Made by a program: the position numbers and the translations under genes. A stretch of DNA of 64,000 nucleotides from Eledone cirrhosa. Its lineage: Eukaryota. Position 1 is the first letter of the stretch, and each line of letters begins with the position of its first letter. Below are positions 53,160 to 64,000 of this stretch, piece by piece. A model generated the notes under the pieces. The model was not told where the DNA came from, ran no database searches, and saw nothing but the letters and a program-made list of their open reading frames with translations. The DNA is taken from NCBI GenBank assembly GCA_964016885.1, contig OZ024751.1:29512001-29576000 (forward strand), written 5' to 3'.

Positions 53160-54640
53160 AGGTTTGTGGCTTAGGGGTTAGGGTGCTCCGATCTTCATCA
53201 TAAAGCAATGAGTTCAATTTCTAGTAACACGTGTTGTGCCATTGGGCTAGACACTTTATTTCATGTTGCTCTAGTCCACTTTGTCTTTGAGCAAGACACT
53301 TTATTTCACGTTGCTCTAGTCCACTTTGTCTTTGAGCAAGACACTTTATTTCATGTTGCTCTAGTCCACTGTGTCTTTGAGCAAGACACTTTATTTCACG
53401 TTGCTCTAGTCCACTGTGTCTTTGAGCAAGACACTTTATTTCACGTTGCTCTAGTCCACTGTGTCTTTGAGCAAGACACTTTATTTCACGTTGCTCTAGT
53501 CCACTTTGTCTTTGAGCAAGACACTTTATTTCACGTTGCTCTAGTCCACTTTGTCTTTGAGCAAGACACTTTATTTCACGTTGCTCTAGTCCACTTTGTC
53601 TTTGAGCAAGACACTTTATTTCACGTTGCTCTAGTCCACTGTGTCTTTGAGCAAGACACTTTATTTCACGTTGCTCTAGTCCACTTTGTCTTTGAGCACG
53701 ACACTTTATTTCACGTTGCTCTAGTCCACTTTGTCTTTGAGCAAGACACTTTATTTCACGTTGCTCTAGTCCACTTTGTCTTTGAGCAAGACACTTTATT
53801 TCACGTTGCTCTAGTCCACTGTGTCTTTGAGCAAGACACTTTATTTCACGTTGCTCTAGTCCACTGTGTCTTTGAGCAAGACACTTTATTTCACGTTGCT
53901 CTAGTCCACTTTGTCTTTGAGCACGACACTTTATTTCACGTTGCTCTAGTCCACTTTGTCTTTGAGCAAGACACTTTATTTCACGTTGCTCTAGTCCACT
54001 GTGTCTTTGAGCAAGACACTTTATTTCACGTTGCTCTAGTCCACTTTGTCTTTGAGCAAGACACTTTATTTCACGTTGCTCTAGTCCACTTTGTCTTTGA
54101 GCAAGACACTTTATTTCACGTTGCTCTAGTCCACTTTGTCCTTGAGCAAGACACTTTATTTCATGTTGCTCTAGTCCACTTTGTCTTTGAGCAAGACACT
54201 TTATTTCACGTTGCTCTAGTCCACTTTGTCTTTGAGCACGACACTTTATTTCACGTTGCTCTAGTCCACTTTGTCTTTGAGCAAGACACTTTATTTCACA
54301 TTGCTCCAGTCCACTTTGTCTTTGAGCAAGACACTTTATTTCACATTGCTCCAGTCCACTTTGTCTTTGAGCAAGACACTTTATTTCACGTTGCTCCAGT
54401 CCACTTTGTCCTTGAGCAAGACACTTTATTTCACGTTGCTCCAGTCAGCAGGTAAAACATGAGTTGTATCTGTAATTCAAAGAGTCAGCCTTGTTACACA
54501 CTGTGTCATGCTGAATCTACCTGAGAATTGCATTAATGATATTCATGTCTATGGAATACTCAGCCACTTTCATGTATATTTCCAGAGCAGGCTGTACTGT
54601 TTATTAATCAAAACAGCTGGAACACTGGTCATTGGAACCA
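53160..54640 (+). mobile_element. CORE-like SINE whose core 45-bp segment is expanded to about 26 tandem copies
   Basis: tRNA-like head at 53160-53240. Unit GAGCAAGACACTTTATTTCACGTTGCTCTAGTCCACTTTGTCTTT runs 53250-54446, followed by presumed SINE 3' sequence. Confidence 0.88.
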
Positions 54641-55964
54641 ATGTAGGTCTAACAAACATAGGTTAAAATCATAAAACATTATTTGACACAACCTTTTGTT
54701 AAATTCTAGAGGCATGGGTTCAATTCCCATGGAAGCTAATGCCCTTTTTTTTTCCTTATGGGGGTTCATATGCCCTAATATTAGACTACTTTCTGTAGTC
54801 AATACACAGTGAAAGCCTCTAAAAAGCTTCTATTTTAAAAATAAATGATAATTTTAGTAAATTCTACCAAATTCTACATTAATTAATTAAAATACAGTGT
54901 ATTTCATTATATACCATTTTACAGTCATAAGTAGAACATGTTTCGGTTTTGAAAATCATCATCATCAACACTACCTCCACCAGCATCAATTCCCACTGCC
55001 ACCATCACTATCATCACCAAAACCACCATAGCCATCATCACCACCACCATCACTACCACAATTATCACCACCAACACCACTCAGTGGTTATGGTAGTAAT
55101 TTTAACACCCAAAAGTATTCTACTCTCCATTGTAACAGTTTTACTCTCCACTGGTAATTGGTATAAATACAGTAATGAAAGGGTTAATCATTATTTCCAC
55201 TTACAGTGACATATTTCTTTAGATAAGCCTTGTTGTTTTACATAGGTTTTCTTTCTTACTATATGTTTGTCATACTGGGGGCAGTGGAGCGTCGGACAGC
55301 ATGCTTTATAGCATAGGGTTACACCCCTTTTTGATCTGAGTTCAAAACCTGCTGAGGTTGGCTTTGCCTTTCATCCTTACGGGGTCGATAACATAAAGTA
55401 CATGTAATGTACTCGAGTCGATTTAATCGACATTCTCCTCCCCCAAAATTGTTGGCCTTGTTCCAAACTATGTTTGTCATACTGATCATATTTTGGCAGG
55501 GTTTTTCTGGCTGGAAGTCCTTCCTATCACCAACTACCTTACAGTGTAGACTGAGTGCATTATTCATGCCACTAGTACTAGAGAGGTTGTCATGCTGGAC
55601 TCAAGATTCCTCTCCGTCCTGTGTTAGTTTTTTGGGTTTTTTTGGAGTGTCTGCTCTCCTAGATGGGTTGCCTTCACTACAGCTTATGGGGCCCATGTTT
55701 ATATATCTTAATTAATTACCAACACAAGTGCTAATCATATGTTGATTAGTACATCAATTTCAGAATAATACTAAGAGCAAATGATATATATATAAATCAG
55801 TTCTGTATGAGCAAGACATGGTCACCTGACCTGGCATTGCTCACAACGGACAACCATCTAACACATGCTAGCAGGGAAGAATGGATGTTAAAGGTTATGA
55901 TAATGACGATATATATATACACCCATCAAATACATGTTTACTTATGGTTGATTAGATAATATGT

Positions 55965-56380
55965 AGTGGGCTGGGTGTGTTTTATCATGGCACCAACACT
56001 ACCACTTTACAGAGTGGACTTGGTGTATTTTACTGTGGCACCAGCACTACCACTTTATAGAATGGGCTGGATGTGTTTTATCATGGCACCAGCACTACCA
56101 CTTCATAGACTAGACTCGGTGTATTTTATCATGGCACCAGCAGTAGCACTTTACAGAGTGGACTGGGTGTATTTTACTGTGGCACCAACACTACCACTTT
56201 ACGGAGTGGACTGGGCCTATTTTATTGTGGCACCAGCAGTAGCACTGGGTAAATTTAATCCTGGCACCACCAGTACCCCTTTTCAGAGTGCACAGGGTGT
56301 ATTTTATTGTGACACCCAGCATTACCACTTTACAACAGTGTACTGTATTTTATTGCAGTACCAGGATTACCACTTTACAT
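55965..56380. repeat. Degenerate tandem repeat of about 48 bp related to the RTE-tail unit
   Basis: CCACTTTACAGAGTGGACTGGGTGTATTTTATCATGGCACCAGCACTA variants, about 8 copies. Confidence 0.7.
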
Positions 56381-57326
56381 AGAGAGAGGAAGGGATAGAG
56401 GAAGGAAGAGGTGTATATAACTTCTAAACAGCAGCAGCCTGTCACATACATTTCATTCTCCTAATATACAAAAAGAAAAAAAATGAGCGAGGGAAAGGTG
56501 GGGTGGCTTTTATAATATATTTTAATAATTTAAAAAAAAAAGGACCAACTGATCTTATATATATCCAGACAGATCTGGTGAAAACAGTAACGGTGGTGGT
56601 GGTGGTGATGGTGCAAGCAGTGGAAGTACAAGTAGTAGTAGTAGTAGTAGTAGTAATAATGGTAATAGAGGAAGTACTTGATTTTACAGTGTATTATATT
56701 ATATAGCAACGATCAGAACAGCTGTGACACTGTAAAAACCATCAGAGCAGATGTTTGCAGTGTTTAGAAGAAGCAACAATATTTTATTTATAGCTGCTGC
56801 TCGCTTATAGTTGCTAACTTTCAAGACAAGATGGTGTCGTAGCCAATCTCCAGACGTCCTAAAAGTTCGAAAACCACAATATATATATATATATATAAGA
56901 GGGTGTTATATATATATATATATATATTATTTGTTTTTTTTTCTTCTGAAAATCAAAACATAACAAAAAAAAACAACACAACTTATAATGAAATAAGAAA
57001 GAGCATGGAATAATAATAATAATAATATATATAAGCAATCTGGCTGGTTTTGTTAGGAAGCAGCAGTAAGTATGTATGTATGATCTGGCTGACTGCCAGC
57101 TGAACCAGATACAGTGAGAAGTGAGATCTGTGAGTCAGTTTACTACAGATCTGGAGTGATGGCTGCTTCTCTCTCTCCCCTACCCCCTCTTTACATATAT
57201 GTGTATAAAAATATACCCCCCCTCTCTCTCTCTCTCGCTTTATATATCTATATACTTCCGAGCTCTCTCTCTCTCGCGCACTTTATATATATATATATAA
57301 ACCTATCTGTATATACTTTACCTTCG

Positions 57327-57383
<57 letters not shown>

Positions 57384-57405
57384 TTCCTCAGTTTCTCTCT
57401 CTCCC

Positions 57406-57436
<31 letters not shown>

Positions 57437-58793
57437 AGATTCAAGACCGCTACGGCTGAGCTCCGGCCGTATCGATAGCTAGATCTGAACCTGGTATTTT
57501 ACCACACCCTATTTGATATATACACACACACACAAAATATACACGTCGACCGGGCAACAAATATTAATAAGTTTATACGAAAACTGTTTTAAACAACTAC
57601 TAGAAAAGAACCTGTAACACATTTTCTAAAGTTACCAAAATTATATATACACCATTCCCTACTGTGTGTGTATGTGTATGTGTGTGTGTAGAGTGTGTGT
57701 GTGTGTCTGTGTAGAATTAACCGTGAATACAGTAGTTTGTTTTTGTTTTTGTTTTCAAACAATCGACTCATAATGAAGCATGCACAGATTCACTTATACA
57801 TACATTCAATATATATAAATATACATATGTGTATATGTATATATATGTGTATGTATGTACATATCAACAAAGCAATCGATAACAAAACAACACGTGGTGT
57901 GAAAAATGAAATGTTACTAAACTGATCTGATCACAACTTTTCTATCTGTTCGGATCTCCTCTCGTCTCACCTTCTTTTGTCTACCACATCTTTTTTTAAA
58001 TATACACAAACTATCTCCTAAAAATTCCACAATAATAAATAAATGTATATATATATGTATATATAAATACAGCCATTTAAAATAAATAACTTTACAGTAA
58101 TACCTTAAAAACACATTAAAACTTATGTATGTTATGTTGTGTATGTATATTTCACTAAATCGTCTTGTCTGTCTGTCCATTGTATTCCTCCGCCACCTTA
58201 AACATGTGTAAATAGTCCCGTTCGACCATATTTGAACAGTCCCATCTTTCGTCTGTTTCACATCTTATAACAGATACATCACTACTTCTAATTAATAATA
58301 TACATCCAGATCTGGTGGTACACTGCTTGCTACTACTACTGTTATATATATTTATATATATATATAATGGACGTCTAGTTCCAATTTTTTTTCCTCTCCA
58401 TCTAGGTTATTTTCATCTGCTTACTTACATTACTTATTTTTTTAGGAATTTAGTAAAAGGAAAATTTCGGTATAAACACACACACACGCATATATATATA
58501 TATATATTATATATGTGTGTGGAAGTGATTTATAAATTGAAGAATTTTATAATCCGATCCGATCGATCAAACTCTATTTCTATCTACAGATCATTTAAAA
58601 TGTTGTTAAAGAAGAACTTAAATTTACGTGTGTGTATTTTTATATAAAAATATATATATATATATATATGAGTATGTAGGGGGTATATATTCATGTACAC
58701 ATACGCCGACATATATATATATACCTATATGTACACACACACGTATGTACACAGATTTTTTTTAACACACCCAGTTCAAATTATCTGTACTGA

Positions 58794-58831
<38 letters not shown>

Positions 58832-59339
58832 ATATTGCAAGGAGAAGAAATCGTAGATTAAAAAAAAATAGTATGAGGATAATGAGCGGTATACCTGCTC
58901 CAAATGTGATTGAGATCGAATTGGGTCCTGTCGGAAACTTGGTAGGGGAAAAAACAGATGATAATAATAATAGACGTCTGTTGATAATGTGAAGAAAATA
59001 GTAAAAATAATCAGTCAGACGCTATTATTCATATTTAGCTGTGTATATATATATGTGTATGTATATATGTGTGCATATGTTATATACATCTGCACGTGTC
59101 GTCTGTGTATGAACATATATATATTCGTCTGTACATGTTCAATGACATTATCATCATGAGAAAAACAGTTGTCGGTAATAATCCTCCTTACTTTCTCTGT
59201 CTCTCTCTCTCTCTCGTCTTTTCTTTCTCTTCCTTTATTTTTTGGCCGCGTCTGTTGATTGTTGTAGGGTTTTTTTTTCTTTTCTTTCTTTCACTCCTTT
59301 CTTCTATCTCTCCATATTGACTATAATAATATAATATAG

Positions 59340-59520
59340 TAATAGACGGCTGGCCGACCGAGTGACTAGCAGATAATATATATTATATTCCAGTTGTTAC
59401 TGCTGGCCTATATATTTATTTAACAGATATGGCACAGATCTAGAAGGAAGTGGTCCGGGAATGCTGGGTAGCAACTGTCACGACGTCACAGGTGTTTTTA
59501 AAAATGCCTGCATTTCTCTA
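59340..59520. promoter_or_regulatory. Candidate promoter of the minus-strand BEN gene
   Basis: CpG-retaining unique island with ETS-like GGAAGT (59446), RFX-half-site-like GTAGCAAC (59468) and CRE-like GACGTCAC (59482). A minus-strand donor GTAAGG at 59191 would close a 5' UTR exon. Confidence 0.4.
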
Positions 59521-59984
59521 ACTAGCCCACCTTCCTACGTACCTACCTAAAGATCTAGCTATCTATAAATATGTCTGAGCCTTAACAAACGTATCTATTT
59601 ACATATCTATCTGTCTAACTATTTATCTGAAAGATATCTATTAAACTCTTTTTGAAAAATGTCTGCATTCTACCTACCTACCTATCTATCTGTGATATTA
59701 CTAACGTATCTATCTTATCTGTTTATCTATCTATCTATCTACGTCTTGTAATGTCCCACTTCTTGTGTGCCCTTGTGGCAAATAAAGAAATATATCTATC
59801 TATCTGTTTAACAGTTAATCTCTCTTTAGAAAATGCCAGCATTTATCTAACCAACCAGCCTGCCTACCTATCTCTCTCTCTCTATATATATATATATGAC
59901 ACTTGGCCATGACCGCTGGCGTCCCACAGTAATACAGATGACCCAACCTCCCATGGGTACAAGCCGAAGCTGAAGTATATAAAC

Positions 59985-60270
59985 AGTATGCCCCCACTGT
60001 AGAGTTGTCGTGGAGGTGCCACAGCAAAAAAGCACCCAGCCCACACAGTAAAGTGGATGTGTAGGCGCCACGGAAAAAAAGCAGCCACCACTCATTGTAA
60101 ATTAAATGAGGTTGGTGTTAGGAAGGGCATCCAGCTATAGAAATCAAGTCAGAATCAGTTCCAGTATGAGCAAGACAAGGTCAGCCGACTGGACACTGCC
60201 CACAGCAGGACAACCAGTCTAACCCATGCTAGCGTGGAAGAACGGACGTAAAACACTGATGATGATGATA
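59985..60270 (+). mobile_element. RTE-3'-tail-derived short element
   Basis: Contains GGTTGGTGTTAGGAAGGGCATCCAGC, CCCATGCTAGCGTGGAA and a (GAT)n tail. Confidence 0.75.
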
Positions 60271-60286
60271 TATATATAAAAAGAAC

Positions 60287-60597
60287 AAAGAGGGTGTGGT
60301 AGGAAACCAGGTGGACCATAATGCACCAGAGTACTCAATACTTAGGGTAATAGAATGGGTAATAGGAAAAGAGTCAGGACCCCGACAGCTGAGCTTCAAC
60401 CATTTCGATAGCTATACCCGGATCGAGCTGTCAAAATGGCCGGAGCTCAGCTGTCAAAATGGCCGGAGCTCAGCTGTCAAAATGGCCGGAGCTCAGCTGT
60501 CAATGTCCTGACTCTTTTCATATTACCCACTCTACTACCGTAATATTGAGTACTCTGGTGCATTATGATCCACCTGGTATCTTACCACACCCTCTTT
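60287..60597. mobile_element. Foldback-type MITE with TIRs of about 95 bp and internal 23-bp tandem repeats
   Basis: AAAGAGGGTGTGGTAGGAAACCAGGTGGACCATAATGCACCAGAGTACTCAATA...GAAAAGAGTCAGGAC is mirrored at 60505-60597. GAGCTCAGCTGTCAAAATGGCCG occurs three times inside, plus one inverted copy. Confidence 0.85.
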
Positions 60598-61210
60598 CTT
60601 TATATATATATATATATGATGATTATGATATATATACACACACACTGGTTGGCTGAAAAGTTCATAAGCTGACCAAGATACTCTCATGGAATGAACAAAT
60701 GAGATTTATTTTTCAACATAGTCCCTGGATTGAAACAATGCAATTATAAATAAGAAAAGTTGAAATGAATGCATGCAAGATTTCACAGCTCCAGCATCAC
60801 TCCTTTATATCCACGCTACCCTACATGCATGCACATGTATGTTTGTGTGTGACAGGCTTTCACACTGTTTCCATCTACCAAATTACACTCCCAAAGCATT
60901 GGTCAACCTGTGTCAATAATAGGAGACATTTTACTTGCCCAATGTACTACACAGAAAGACTGAACCATAACCCTTTAGTATTTACATTACTCTATATATA
61001 CTATAAGTATGTATATGTATATACATATATGTATACAGACGTACAGTAGTGTGTATATATATATACATACATGCACACATATATATATGTACGTATGGAT
61101 TCATCGAACATTTATTATAATGCTCGGTGTGTTTGTAAACAAACATCCCGAATTAAGCCGTACAGTGTCTAGCAACCACCGTTGCTCATTTGTTCAACAC
61201 TGACAAAGGA

Positions 61211-61253
61211 ACGCTGTACTAGTTTCAAGCTTATTAGCTATCGTCAGCAACAT
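61211..61253 (-). ncRNA. Minimal type I hammerhead ribozyme
   Basis: Minus strand: AUGUUG-CUGACGA-U AGCU AAUA AGCU U-GAAA-CUAG-UA-CAGCGU. Stem I has 6 bp with wobbles, stem II 4 bp, and stem III is the palindrome ACUAGU. There is a U.U at 10.1/11.1. Confidence 0.7.
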
Positions 61254-61396
61254 ATACATTTCTGAAAGTATATACTTTCCTTATGCATATTAACAGCTGA
61301 GCAGCCTAATTTGCATATCGAGTGAGTTAATCGGCCGGGCGCACCGAAAACGATAAATGGAAAAAATGAAACGAAATTTCATTTCTCACTCTTAGT

Positions 61397-61520
61397 ATGA
61401 TGTTATTTATTTTGAAAACAATAACTTAACATCAGTATGAGTGGCCAGTTATGGCCGGTTTGAACAGAAAGAGGTGAGTGAATTCTGGCCAGATACAGCT
61501 CTGGTTTAAATGCTAAAGGG
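61397..61520. mobile_element. Partial piggyBac-like MITE (reverse)
   Basis: Ends TTTAAATGCTAAAGGG|TTAA. Confidence 0.7.
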
Positions 61521-62689
61521 TTAAACCAGATGCTGGTGAAGATGGCTTTTTAATTACACAGCCATAGTTGTGCCTAGAAAAATTTCTAATGGTTAGGGAA
61601 TCTGGGTATACTGTTGCATTCTTTATTAAGTCCCAGCTGTTGTTAATAATCCAGTAATTCCAGTAATGGCTGTTAATTCATTGGCACTTGATTATTTCTT
61701 TTCCCCTCATTCATCTGTTCTTATCGACAAACAAACCATATGTAGAGATAAATAAATGAATTAGTAAATATAGAAAGAAATAAACAAGGAGATACACTAT
61801 ATATAACAACTTGTGAATACAATATGGCGTTAGATAACAGAGAAGTGATGTTTGCTATCTTTTGAAATATAGTTATATATTTCTTGATAACGAGCATTAT
61901 CTCCCCTTACCATCACCATCGCCACCACCACCATCATTGCCTGCCATGTAACTAATTTGTCTTAATTAGCCAACAGAGAATAAGAGAAAATGTCTAAAGC
62001 TTTGACATAATGAGGGATTTTATACATAATTATGCTGGAATGGTAGGGCCGTGGATTGGCACAATTATTAGAGAGTTGGACGAAATCATCATCATCATCA
62101 TCATATGGACCATTTCCATACTGCTATGGAGTTAACGGGTTGTCATGGTCCAAGACCACAAGTGGAACAGCATCTGATCTTGCTTGTTACATTCCATATT
62201 TGGAATAGTTTCTACAGCTGGATACCCTTCCTAACATCAATCCACCCTGCAGGGTTTGATGGTTACAGTTTTTGTGACACCATGATAGGTGTGGTTTTTC
62301 CAAATTTAAAGAGTTGACTGGGTGCATTTATTCTAGGTACCAATACTAACACCTTACATGGTGTTTAAGTTAGTCAAAGTTTGTACTAAGCTGAAGGCTT
62401 ATCAAGCCAGTGCCTATTGCCATTTTCCTTGGCATTAAGCAACTGAGAGTACAAGACACTCCCTGGACAGGACACCAGTCTATTGCAGGCTTAACTCTCC
62501 AGCTACTACTGGTATGCATGGAAAAGCTTTGTTGAGGAAGCTGAAGATAAACATCAAAGAAGAAAGCTGTCCATCACCCAACCACCAATTGACCAAGTAC
62601 ACACTTGTCCCAACTGTACCAGAGCCTGCAGGTCCAGGATTGGCCTCTGCAGTCACTTTACGGTGGCCCACTTCACAGAACTACTGGAC

Positions 62690-62830
62690 AACAATTATTC
62701 CCACTGATCTTTTCAAGTCAAGAATTCACCATTTATTTCATATACAAATTTCTTCTACACGACAAAAACTGTTTCATTTGTATGAAATCATCAGGAAAGT
62801 TCTGATTATTTCATACAAATGAAACTGATA
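62690..62830 (-). mobile_element. Penelope-pLTR-like fragment with HHR core and a short inverted duplication
   Basis: Minus strand: CUGAUGA-UUUCAUACAAAU-GAAA-CA GUUUU UG-UC, then AATAAA downstream. An inverted copy CTGATTATTTCATACAAATGAAAC lies at 62802-62825, abutting (TA)n. Confidence 0.55.
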
Positions 62831-62833
62831 CTG

Positions 62834-63309
<476 letters not shown>

Positions 63310-63422
63310 TAATAACTCTGGAAAATTATTTTTTATTTCGTAGAGTACTTCCAATCTACTGTAAAACTCATTCTTTGACATACTCATTGAATATTGTTTA
63401 ACACTTTAATATATATATACAT

Positions 63423-63465
<43 letters not shown>

Positions 63466-63810
63466 TAATTGTTTCTACTTTTGGCACAAGGCCAGCAATT
63501 ACCCAGTACATTACTGGTACTATATTTTATCGACCTCGTAAGGATGAAAGGCAAAGTTAACCTCGGCAGGATTTGAACTCAGATCGTAAAGGGCCGTAAC
63601 TCTATGCTGCAAATCATGTTATCTCACTCTCCATCGATACTGCCAATCCAATAATACACACACATTATATATAGAGTTACGGCCCTTTCCATTCTGAGTT
63701 CAAATCCCGCCCAGGTCAACTTTGCCAGTCATCCTTACGGCCTCGATAAAATAAAGTACCAGTAATGTACTGCGTAATTGCTGGCCTTGTGCCAAAAGTA
63801 GAAACAATTA
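63466..63810. mobile_element. Two Meta-domain-like SINEs, head-to-head (63466-63650 -, 63674-63810 +)
   Basis: Homologous to 50880-51060. Confidence 0.8.
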
Positions 63811-64000
63811 TATATATATATATATATTATACACTCAATCACAAGCGTATGTTATCATTTAAATGACATTTAGAAAACAACAAAACAACAAATTCTTCCT
63901 TATTTTAATTATGAAAAATAATAATAATAATAATAATAATAATAGGGGGATGAGTCAGTAAAAGGACATTCAATTAGGAAGCTGAAAAATGTTGATATAA

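Noticed and set aside
57917-58992. ORFs 57917-58261(-) and 58693-58992(+)
   Set aside because: No recognisable protein features, and they are partly microsatellite. More likely 5' UTR or intronic regulatory sequence. A possible minus-strand UTR exon donor near 58887 is unproven.

Overview
AT-rich eukaryotic (animal) genomic DNA dominated by (TA)n/(TATG)n/(CA)n/(GA)n microsatellites, SINEs, RTE-type LINE fragments, DNA-transposon MITEs and minisatellite arrays. The repeat repertoire resembles that of an octopus/coleoid cephalopod; this is inference from remembered repeat families and is not verified. Almost all listed ORFs are microsatellite or tandem-repeat artefacts. One convincing spliced protein-coding gene lies on the minus strand: five phase-compatible exons, 52166->40552, about 438 aa, with a C-terminal BEN-like domain and a candidate promoter near 59.4 kb. 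The most interesting signal is a set of type I hammerhead ribozyme (HHR) motifs. One has an intact core with a large branched stem II (22096-22248). One is a minimal form with a palindromic stem III (61211-61253). Several are decayed copies. They lie around a Penelope-like GIY-YIG endonuclease remnant, in inverted terminal repeats and beside (TA)n tracts, which suggests a microsatellite-associated Penelope/retrozyme-like system. A second pattern is that homogeneous 45-72 bp tandem arrays arose repeatedly inside short transposons, three of them at the same site of an RTE 3' tail.
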